Positions 14,101-25,286 of a stretch of 64,000 nucleotides of DNA are shown piece by piece. Location: positions 25,792,001 to 25,856,000 of the forward strand of contig OZ004609.1 of the NCBI GenBank assembly GCA_963924565.1, written 5' to 3'. Numbering within the stretch: the stretch's first letter is position 1; each line of letters begins with the position of its first letter. The translations under genes and the position numbers were made by a program. The notes beneath the pieces are model-generated. The model saw only the letters and a list, made by a program, of their open reading frames with translations. It did no database searches and had not been told where the DNA came from. This DNA comes from Ascidiella aspersa (Eukaryota).

Positions 14101-17100
14101 GCACACAAACAGAGCGCCGTGAGTAACTTCTAAATTAAGAAGCAAAATAACCTACTATTTCGTTGGACGACTGGCACTGTCCGGGAAGGGGCGATATCAG
14201 CGTTCTTGGCAGTTCAGTGGCGTACAAAAAGCACCCGCATGTGCAGTCAACCGTGGCTGTGCTGTTGCCGGGCAACGTGTGACCAAGGCAGTGTTTGAAC
14301 GTCGTTTCTGTTTTGTTTCGGAATTGGCGTTCAATGGTATTCAGCGAATCTGAAATTCGTTTGAACTGCGTTAAAAGTCATGTTAGTTGCAAACAAGTGA
14401 CGTGCAGTTGCTAAAAGAATAGATCGACAGTCACGTACAGGCCTCAACGCCAAGCCTGTTTCGTAAGTGTATCTTAAAACATAGTAAATAGCAGTGATGA
14501 CAGAAATAAATATTTTTATGAACTCTGATCAAGTTACATCAAACCTTTAGGTGATTCACTAAACGAATATAAAATAATAATGCACGATCTCGTGCCCTCG
14601 CAACAACTTTAGAGTCTGTTTCGCTGCCTGCGAATAAAACCGCACCTCGATTACAATTTGACCCGTTTCCGTGCGGTGCTGGATTGTTGCAACTTCGTTT
14701 TCGCCTTTGAACTGCGCTGGAACATAGGCGCTGACAGGAGGTCCATTGGGACCAGGCTGTCCACGACCCGTTCACAATAAAACCTAAAAAATAATATAAA
14801 TATTCAGGTAGAAAATTTGCTAAAATAAATTGGTTTACAATATTGGGCTTTACAAATTTTTCAGTCTTTGACCTTTTTTGTTTTGTTTTGTAGCCTCTTG
14901 CGATCCTTTTGGGTTAACAGGGATAAGCAGAACATTGCTCATTGTTAAAGCATTTCTTAAAATAATGTGCAACTCGTTTAAGATTAATTGTGATTCAATA
15001 GTTTATACTTTTGCATATCAAAAAGAATTTATATAGTTGTAACACTGAGTGAGAAATTGCTATAGGCAAATTTTGTCGCTCGGAAAAATCGCGACCCCCT
15101 TTGGGAAGTCTTTGTTTGGTTCTTTAATTATATTAGTATGTACCGCGACAGGTGAGGTCTAATACGATTTGCGTCACGCTTGCTTGATGATAATTTCATA
15201 ACTGTTTTGTTCCAATGACTTTTCCAAACATGATCATCCGTTCAAGGAGGGCGGGAAATTTCAGATATTTGGCGTTCAATCATAATGTTTATCGCTATCG
15301 TCAAAGTTATCTAAAGGCGTAGAGGAAATGACAAATAATTTACGGATTCGTGTCAATGTTGTTCGCGACGAAGGCGTCAAAAAGGCCAAGATACCTGAAC
15401 AGTCAGTTACCCGTAACACAAATTTAACTTTATTTTCAACAGTGAAAGCACCAACCTTTGCGACCACGAATCGGCAAACATTTAGTTCTGATGACTACGT
15501 CAGACGTGACGTAACGAAAGCACAAACCGGGAGCGTTTTGGCTTCGTTCGAGAATAGTTCGACTTTCAAACTCCACTTGATCTAAGGAAAAAAATATTTG
15601 ACCAAAATAGTGTAAAACAGTAATTGTGTATCAACGAAATACATCTTCGAATAAAAAAAAACACCGAATATTTCTACATGCTTTAAGCTCCATATCCCTA
15701 AAGATACATAGTGAAGATTCAACAATGTCGCAGCTTACATGACGTTAGGTTACAATAACAATATAAACGTCCTGAATGTATCTATTACAGATATCCCTAA
15801 CTTTTTACCGCTTCTCATGATTACTTGTCGTGCTACTACCAAGTCGGTTCCATTGGTGAACATGGCAACCACTTCGACCGAGTCTTGTTCCGGAACGCAG
15901 GGAGGGCGACTCAGTCGGACCACAAAACTCTTGGCTGCAAAATAAAAAAAATAGAAGGTTTAGTGGAAATATACGTAGAGAGACATTTAACTCCCATGTT
16001 AAAGCTACTCTTCTGCTTTATTAGAGAGTATCGGGAAGAAAGAGTAAGTGATTCCGTGTAGAATTATTCATGCATCAAAAACATAAAATAAAAAACTGGA
16101 GAAAATTGCAATTGACGTTGAATATTATAAACAGACAGTAAATGTAAACATATTCAAGTATAACACAAAGCAACTCGAGGTAGCTTCACTTTACATCATT
16201 TTGTCCTAATTAAACGTTTTAAACAAGAAAGTTCTCGTATCAGTATTTTGTACAAAAAACAAACGTCTCATTGTTACTGTACCCAAAACAGTATCGCCAT
16301 ACCGCGGGTGGAAGGGAAACTCTTCCGGTCGAGTTCGATATCGTACTCGCTACTCCACTCGATATTTATCGGTCGACTGTCGGCCACCGTCACCGAGTAA
16401 CCGTTGCGGGAGACAACAAGGGCAACAGTGTAAGGTCCAGGGTCGCTAAACGCTTGACATGGAAAGATGCCGGATTCGGGCGGAAACGGGACCTCAATGG
16501 AGCTCCTTTCTGTCGTACAAAGTATTTCGATTAAGTTGTGAACAAAGGATACTGGTGCGGGACGCCAAAGCACACTTTTTGTGCGAGCCAAGTACTTGAC
16601 ACAACCGTTTGACCTGTGACTTAATGCGCATGTAAGCCGAGCATTTTAAACCCTGTGGGCGTGTCGTGCAGTTTGGCTTGTTTTGGAACTTTGCAAGCAT
16701 GTAAACGCTAATTTGTCAGTAAAACTGGGAAGACCAGATGTTGTGAGGTGAAACCTGATTTTAAGACAGGTATACAAATTTCCATTTAAAATCAAAAACA
16801 TCCTCTGATGCTTAATCGATTTGTTTATTTAAACTATATTTAAACGCTTTTATGATGTTTTCATGGAATTAGCCCAGGCATTAACTTAAGGTTATGGTTT
16901 GTCTTTAATTGTTCGCATGACTATAAAGTTATTATTTGAGGGGAGGTAACAACAATTTTATTCACTCTAAGTTAAACAACATGCTTTAAAAGAACCACCC
17001 TTGTATGTAAATTCATGACAAACTTACCCGTGTTGTTTGCAGTAATTCTGAGTTCGGTTCTGTACTGCGATACGACTCTGGACCTGCATACGGTTTCGTT

Positions 17101-19873
17101 ATACGACACAATTACCTGCCCAAAACATAAAACTCGTATCAGCGCTTTGATGAAATGTATGTTTAATACTGACGTATTTAACTAATTGACAAATAAGGCG
17201 TAAATTTAGTGGCAACGTACATCACACAGCCCTTCAATGATTTAGCACCCGCTGTACAGTTCTGGTTATATACGTTTAGTCAGTAACCTTGACATCTGTG
17301 GTGTAGGATTCGTGGAAGCGTTTGGTCTTTAATCGAACATTTGGAAATTTGTGGACGTGGATGGTCGCGCGTGATGTAATGTTTCCGCCTAAATGAGAAA
17401 CATCGCGTGATGTTGCGGGTGGTTTTTGTAACAAATAGAATTCAATAAAAATACACTTAACGGAAACCGCTTAAAAACGTATTGACTGGCTACAGTGAGA
17501 AAATGTCACTTGAAATGGCGAAAAACCCACTTGTTCGGTTAAGAAGCTCCACAAAATACACGCCGATGCGCCAGAAGTAGCCGCAGTCGAAGGCCAGTGG
17601 AATGTCTTTTATCTGCATTTGAAAAGGTGCTCGAGTACATTTAAGGCATCTCACAGCACTATCACGGACAATTAAAACAAACTTTCGGGAGACGCTGGCC
17701 ACACCAATATAAGAGGTTTTTCCTGCTAAAAAGCAGTGTTGTCGAACGCTTTTACCTGACGCACCCCTTTTGGTTATAGTTGAAATTATGGCCCAAATAG
17801 TGCTACAAAAGTTAACATTCAAATCAGAATACAGAAATTATAAACGGCTTAGCACTTGATTTATTATATCATTATGACTAGATGATAAGAATAAGAGCTG
17901 GCCAATATGCTTTGTCCTCATATAAAGTTAAAGGTGTTGCATAAACGACTTAAATTTGCCCCCAGAAGTATGTGGTCCCCAGTTTAAGGACCGCAGCTAT
18001 AGAGCGACGTGTCTCACTTAGCACTGTTTGACAAAAAAACAACGAAATTAACATAAATCCTATTAAATTTTTTTCATTATAACATACAAGTTTACTCTTT
18101 GATGGCAGTACTTAAAATAGTTATGTACACCATTTATTATGCACGGATCTGTAGCAAAGCCTTAGTATGAAAAACAGAGACAAATAGGTTGAGTGATAAA
18201 TCGACATCACTTTAGGAAGATATTAAAATCTTTGGAACACTAAACACGGATCTGTTTATAATCTTCAGTAGAAAGAGAGTGGCACAAATAATAGATAAAA
18301 GTTCCGAGCGTCTATATAGTGACTCGTTTTTATCTTAGCCTCACCTATCGCACTGATGATGGCAAAAGAAATTGCCGAAACGTTTGCTAATAAAAGAATG
18401 AATCTTTTATCTATTATTTGGGCCACTCTCTTTCTACTGAAGATTAAAATCTTTCGTTTCTTAAAACTAACGCGCGATCATGGTTAAATAATAATGCGTC
18501 GAATCTAACGGTAGTATGAGCTTATAAACGGAATATCGCGGTTATTGGCAAACCACCTGTGCAGTTTGAGTGATGACTTGGGCAGTCAAGGGTGTACTTT
18601 CGTTTTCGTATCGCAGGAAAACCACGTCGCCGTTTCGCGCTCCAACAACCGTTACTGACACATCTTCCGCCAGAGCTGAGATGCGCTTTGGAGCAGTTAG
18701 AACGACCAGAGAATGCGCGGGAAATCCTAGGGACAAATTACAAAAAAATAAATAGGAAATATTTTAAGTTGACTTATGCTTTATATTGTTGACAAAAATA
18801 ACTGCAACAGTTTAAACAATACGTAACATTCTTGGAACATCCATGTGAGCTACGAAGAGGTAGTAATAAATATTGTCGCTTATACCTACCACGAGATTAA
18901 TCAAAGCGACATGGTATAAGTTCACTCTTATTTATGGTATCAGTTCACTCTTAGTAGAACTGCGAATATACTTTAATACTTTGTGGTGGGGTATGGCGAT
19001 AAAGTAATCTATACTGAAACCAAAGTAAGTTGAAAAGAAGTCTTAATGTTTCCATTTACAAAAATATATACCGTTAACCACATAGAGTGCAAACGTGTCC
19101 GGAATTTGGCAATGTGCACAGGCAAGAAATTTCACTGATAATTGCCATTCTGGGCCCTCGCACTGTCAGTTTAAGTGGATTGAACGTTACTTCAAACAAT
19201 ACTTCGTGCTGGCCCGATGGCCCCAATTTAGGTCAGCGGGCAATTGCGACGACAACAAAGGGATTTGCGAGTGCTTGTTGATTCTATGAGCTTATAGCTA
19301 CCGCTATCGACGGGGTTTCAGATTATCGCAGCATGTCAAGAATGGTCGCTAAACTTTAACCACCCCAAACGAACTACGGCTGAGTTAATCGCGTCGTGAA
19401 ACGGTTCAGGTGAACGCGTTGTGTAACCGTACCCTCCAGTGTCGTGTGGCATTCATTCCACAAGTGGTGCTTTCGTTTTGTGCGCCACGAATAAATAGCT
19501 ATTACTCGGGCCATTATTCTCTTAACGGTGTATCTCGCAATTCGGCACCCAAGCGAACTTGCGCCAATAAAAAGAAAATGTTTGTCTGCGCGGTTAGAAG
19601 CTGCGCCCAGGTGCTTTCTCGAAGGAAATTGCACCGCGTGACCACACAACGAGATTTTATTGCCCGCCATAATACAAAAATTCCCCGCGCCCATATAGCA
19701 GCACTTAGTTAAAGTGATACCCACCCCCGCTTGTTTAAACCGCGACACAATAGCGCGGCCCCGACAAGTCGTTGGCGCCTTGAATAGGATACACAGCTCG
19801 CATCGACCATCGATCTATACCTACCTAAGAGCAGAACAATCAGGATGCTCGGCCAGACAAAGAAGAGGCGCAT
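11165..19873 (-). CDS. THSD1: THSD1 / Drosophila Golden goal (Gogo)-like single-pass receptor: signal peptide, THSD1/GOGO N-terminal domains, TSP1, CUB-like domain, TM, cytoplasmic tail; about 680 aa, 15 exons
   Basis: Exons 19873-19825, 18726-18557, 17612-17531, 17388-17288, 17115-17028, 16509-16303, 15934-15809, 15581-15456, 14783-14646, 14349-14156, 13534-13300, 12781-12587, 12254-12162, 11760-11648 and 11290-11165 join without stops (2043 nt). Signal MRLFFVWPSILIVLLLGFPAHS. THSD1-like blocks: LAFDCGYFWRIGVYFVEL, FPCQAFSDPGPYTVAL, VRLSRPPC, GLCFRY...KCLPI. TSP1: WTAWSQWTSCQRLC...RRKRSCNNPAP. CUB-like: CGC...LISP...VWKV...IRFHVIDLQVGYDDVISI...GFTILY. TM: VLFGAIGGCAVIIFIVSLVIL. Confidence 0.8.
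18261..18444. mobile_element. MITE with ~40-bp terminal inverted repeats and TA flanks (Tc1/mariner-like)
   Basis: ATCTTCAGTAGAAAGAGAGTGGCACAAATAATAGATAAAAG ... CTTTTATCTATTATTTGGGCCACTCTCTTTCTACTGAAGAT is a near-perfect inverted pair. TA lies on both sides (18259-60 and 18445-46). Confidence 0.8.
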
Positions 19874-22800
19874 AGTTTCGCACCGAGCCCTGATAAGCAT
19901 CTTCTTCTTACTCGGTGGGAGAGGAACGTCTCGCAGCAAGGTCTAACTCGTGACGCTGTTTATTCACGACCGCCGAAATTATTCATCGTAACAACAACGC
20001 TGCAGTGACGTTACGTCGCCATGCCTGAGACACGCCAAAACAGGACTGCTATACAGAGACGTTAATATCTGAAAGACTGAACAAAAATATAGCGTTAGTC
20101 ATGTAATTGATGGCCACGGCGTTCGCCTTCAGAAGTCTGGCCACCGTCACAAACACCAAGCGACAAAACATAATATGATGATAAACAACTGACTTTTTGA
20201 AATACTGTACATCGGTAAATGAGAACCTAGCTATATACGGCTACCGTTGTCAAATTTTGTTTCAAATATTCATAGTTAACGAAACAACTACATTTCGTAG
20301 AGAAACTGGACTGTTTTTCGACCGCAGCTAAAATCAACCAATGTGTCGAATGTAACATATATAAATTCGTCACAATTTTTCCCGCTTCACCAAAGGTCTT
20401 TTTTCAGATGTTTTTTTGTACAAGAATAGCAGTCTATTTGAAAAGTTGTTTTATCAGACTCTTGCCTTTGTCGCTTATGCCTTTTGTTGATGTTGTAGCC
20501 TTGAACTGCCGTGCAGACTGTGAGAAAAAGCGTTCACACTTCGCCATTAACCCGACAAAAACGACGGCGCCGCGTACACAAGGCTTTGTCCAAATGTTTT
20601 CAAACAGGGAGTAAACAAATAAACTCCTTTGTCGTAAATTTGTGCACTATCCTTTAGTTTGGTATGTTGCCATAAGTGTAGTTTATAGTGACTGTCACCA
20701 TTACTGACCACTAAAATAGTAGCAAGAAACGTTTAATTAGAACTATTCGCGGTTACCTAAAACACGATGCAGTTTTTCCATAGTAAAACCTAGACGGTAA
20801 TTTACTGACGAATTATTTACACAAGACTGGTATGTTGAGTCTTCACTTATTACTCATCTATCTGAGGAATGCTCTTGAAGATTCACTGACCACTGTAATA
20901 CCGACGTCACGTTCCTGAAAACGCATCGATGTGAAACAACAGTCGATATATTACTAATTATTATATGCTATTTCTAGCTTTAACTAAAATTCCTGCACTA
21001 AGATTCGCTTCAGCCTGCTAGCCTTGAAATTCACTTATACATATGAATATTTAATAATGGCGTAGAGAAACTGCATCGAAGCCAACGAAACGTCCCAGTG
21101 CTAGGTTCTACTGTGAGATCAGATGGAACTGCAGATTACCGTTACCGTTTGCTGGTGCATTTTAATGTTTAAATAAAGTTGGCCGTTGACTAACCTTTGC
21201 TGATGGTCAATAACGCAAGCCGACAACTGTTCTTTATGCGAATCAATCCAATCTCGCCAAGCTTACAGCTCTTTTAGCCCTGGAGACAGGTTGCTGCTTG
21301 CAATTAGTCCTTGCCCTAAACTTGGCCAAAATGATAATTATTATCGCCAATAAAAGCAATGCGAAATAACGGTGCTTAACTGTGTAAAGACGGCTCCTTG
21401 TGTAGCTCGAATAACTCGAATCAAAGACTCCAAAGACTCCTCAAATAAAAATCGGTTTAAGTTACTCTAGTTTCAAAAACCTCACCAGCAATCGAGAGCT
21501 GGAAGTACATTACATACTGCGTTGTCGATTACGATCAAGCTGCCAAACTAAAGGCGCCCAAAGTCATAAAACCGAGCAAAATGCGTCAGGTCTCGTTTAA
21601 CGACCGACAGCCAGCGACCGAGACTGCCAGTTCGCTGCAGAGAGCACCTTACATTTTTGAAAGCTCCAGACATGATAATCACCTGAATAGCATTGTATAC
21701 GCTTTTCTCAGCCCATCTATCATACAGTGACCCTTGAAGTTGAAAGACCGTCGCTCGAATGACAACCTCGTTATTTTGTAGTCTAACCGCGATTTACACT
21801 GAACTGTGAATGCCCCGCTCTGTTTGCACACTACATAAAAGTAGCTGAGGTTGCTCACCAAACAACCTAATACAGTGGTTATCTCTGTAAACCTACACAG
21901 CTTTGACTGCAACAAACATATAAAGCCGACGTGTTAGATTGTAATATTCAATTGCGGTTATTTTGACAAGTCAGCAATTTGACACACTGATATATTACGC
22001 TGAATTGTTTTAACGATAAAAAAAATTCACATTCGCCTATGTAGCACTAAATATAACGAAAACAAATAAAAAAACACGCGTGAAAACCCCTACTGTTGTA
22101 AACAAGTCATTTTTTAAATAATTTAGGCCATATAAGTACAACTCAAAACGATTTTACCAAATTGGAAGTCAAGTCCTAGTCTATGACACGAGTTACCCGG
22201 ATGTACAAATCCAAATAATTGCTTTAAAACGTTGAATCCTTAATTATTTAAATTAGTAAGCTTAGTCGATTCCGATCAATACATCGCATAGCCAACCCTA
22301 ACATTACGTATCTATACAGTGTACAAAACTCAGGAAGATAAGTTAATTTTCCCAATAATTTGAACTAAAAACTTGTCATATATAAACCTTTAGTCGAGTC
22401 TATTCATTTAAAAACACTACCTAAAGTCATTAAAACACGAATGTATCTCATTTCAAGGTGTACAAACGTCAAAAATCAATCTTCGGTTGTTGTGAACATA
22501 GAAACTTTAATTTACTATTTTACCGTATGTCCCTTGTCACTTAGCTGCCCTTCATTTCGCTTGAACAACATCAGACTTACATATATCACTACATACTTTC
22601 GATGGAGTGAAAGTCTTTCTAAAGCTAAACATTAAACCTGATAGAGTGATAGTGGATACCTGCAGTTTAATATATATTTAAGTATACTATTTTTTTTGTC
22701 ACGTTTTGTTGGACAAGTGCTACCTATTTCTGCCATCTGGCGGATAGACGACAGTAAGAAAAAAAAGCTGATTTAACAAAACATGTAAAAGTTTAAACAA

Positions 22801-23480
22801 TAAGGCGCTATACGACTTGGTTAGGTAAATATTACATTACACTTCTTTTTCGCCATTGTGTATGCGGTATCTCTAATAAAGAAGGAAAATATAATAGCAC
22901 TTGGTTTACAAACACTAAACAGGCTAGCTAGCCTGAAGGTTGATCAACAAAATTTACCTTAACTTTCGCAATCCAATATAAACCAGGTTCTGCCAATTTC
23001 AGAAACCGTGGTATGAAAAACAACTGAATGTTTTAGTATAAATAAAATATTTTAAATACATTTTTCACCGGATTATATATCTAATGGTTGATAAATTATT
23101 TATTTTATATTAGAAGATTCAGAAACTCTTGAAACTGTAAATAATAGAATGCATTTTTTTAATAGAATCATTTGCGAAGCAAACTCGACATATATGAGAG
23201 CGCACAAGTTATTGCACGGGGCGAACTAGTAAATCGCAGCAGGGGTAAAATCATCAAACACTTTCCAAATAACATTTTCCGCAGATAAGTAATACCTTCT
23301 ATTGTGGGTTCAGAAATGCTAATACGAATAAAATAGAAAGGTATATAGACACTACAAACCTCCACAATAACATTTTCTGTTGTTTGATGTAAAAATACAA
23401 GCATACCCAGTACGCAAAGTAAAAAGGTTGGAAATCAAACTTGGGGATACACCCAAGCGTAATGACTTTATGGGTTTTTA

Positions 23481-23822
23481 CAGAGGTGGGCAAACTGTCT
23501 GCGAGCCGCATTTTAAAATTTAAGGGTTTAAATTTCAAACTTGGATACAATTATGTGGCTTGGTTTTTTAAAGAAGCAACATTGCAATGTTACACCGGGG
23601 TAAGCTAGTTTAATGCGGGATTTCATAAAAAAACATTATTGTTTGCTTTGTTACAATGAATTAACAATAAAAATGTAAATGGCACATGGAAAAACAAAAA
23701 CATTTAAATATGAGGTACAACTCTCTGACAAGTTTTTAAATGTTACTATCAAAATGGAAGACCAAAAAAAAACATATCAAAGAGCCGCATGCGGCTCGAA
23801 GGCCATAGTTTGCCCACGTCTG
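23481..23822. mobile_element. hAT/Charlie-like MITE
   Basis: TIRs CAGAGGTGGGCAAACT ... AGTTTGCCCACGTCTG with subterminal GAGCCGCATGCGGCTC motifs. TSD is degenerate. Confidence 0.75.
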
Positions 23823-25286
23823 GTTTGTTCGATCACATACACATTGCCAAAGGATAAATTTGGCTAATTTGGTACAAATAAAGAGTTTCCTGTTCGACAA
23901 AATATGAAGGAACAAATTTAAATTAGAAAAGAGAGGAAAGGATAAAGGGACAATAACGATGAAACAGTTGGGACAGATATCGAATTGTTGTATTGGACAG
24001 ATATAAAATTTTCGTTGTTGAATAAATATAACTAGGAACAAGACCTCCGAAAAACAATTGACCAACAAAGTTGATTTTAGGTTAAGGTTTAAATTACAAT
24101 AAATAGTTTTTTTTTTTAACACATAAATAGAAATATTAGCATACAGACAAAACTGATAAATATAAATAGAGCGCACAATAAGGCCATGGACTTTCGTTTA
24201 ATGCACTTAACATCAAAGTTACGATTAAGTTCGGATCAGTGTTGCTCAGAATGTAAGAGTTACGGCCACGCCAAACTTTTCTAAAACTAAATATTGCTAC
24301 GCAGCATCAAGCAGACAAGTTTGCATGTAATTTATACAAATGATGAATTTAGGTCTCAGCATTTCGAACGTTAGTCACTGTTTTTAAATGGTTTGGCTTG
24401 GAATCTTGGAATGAAGTATTTGGGGTGTTTGTATTAAAAAAAAATTGGTAGATGTTAGTTAGTGTTTCATCGAATTTCTCTGGTAGCCAGTTTGCTTCAA
24501 ATATGTTACATTTCGTTGCTTGCTAATCAAAATATCGCTTGGAATCAGACAGCTTTTAATAATTCAATATTTTAGTTTGGTGCAAATGACTTGACTTGGG
24601 ACTTGAGCGTTTCCGTCAGATTATTTTAAAAACTATCGGTCGACAAAAACAAATAAAACCAATGAAGTATATATAAAAACATTTTTACTAGTTAAGAAAG
24701 AGTTTATCTACGTGTCAAACGGGTGTGATTAAAATAAACCGTTCAGACATGCAAGCCAGAACACGCGGAATGTTTGGAATTTCGAAATCGTTGCATATCT
24801 AATGACGTACCACAAATACGCCGGCCTATCTATTAGACGTACATGCTGGACCATGACGCAGTGCGATTGCATTAGGCGGGCCGATGATCTGGACTTTAGA
24901 CTTCGCACAATGAGACGGAATGGCAATTGCTATAAATGGTAAAACACTTTGCATTTCACCTCGACGCGATCCGATGTTTGTTGGTTTGAAAAGGATTCAA
25001 AACGATAGAGGCAGAAACCTTAATTTGCTAACAAACATGTGAGGCTACGATGATATTTATACTGTAATATACTGACCGGCTATCGGCTCAGTTTAAATTC
25101 GTATTGCTGAATGGCGGAAGTAACGACGGAAAAACGGCGCTGTCTACTTCGGTCGGGTGCACCGATACGCAGTATCGGACGAACGCCGGGGGTATTAGAT
25201 CGGACTAGTGCGGTCAGCGGTCAGCATCCCCGACGCACAAAGCCACCGAGAATTACCAGGCAAATTCACGCCCGTTTCCCAGCGCC

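Noticed and set aside
16544-16552. U12-type donor consensus GTATCCTTT on the minus strand
   Set aside because: Only 43 nt from the next acceptor, and the candidate upstream exon has a stop in the required frame; probably chance.
17200-19750. THSD1-like gene as a pseudogene (apparent stops at 19709, 18542, 17490 and ~17278)
   Set aside because: Every stop falls in an intron once the earlier, partly non-consensus GT donors are used. The 15 exons join in frame.
23736-24176. 146-aa minus-strand ORF and other 60-100 aa ORFs in AT-rich DNA
   Set aside because: Low-complexity F/I/L/K-rich translations overlapping MITEs, UTRs or introns, with no motif or splice support.
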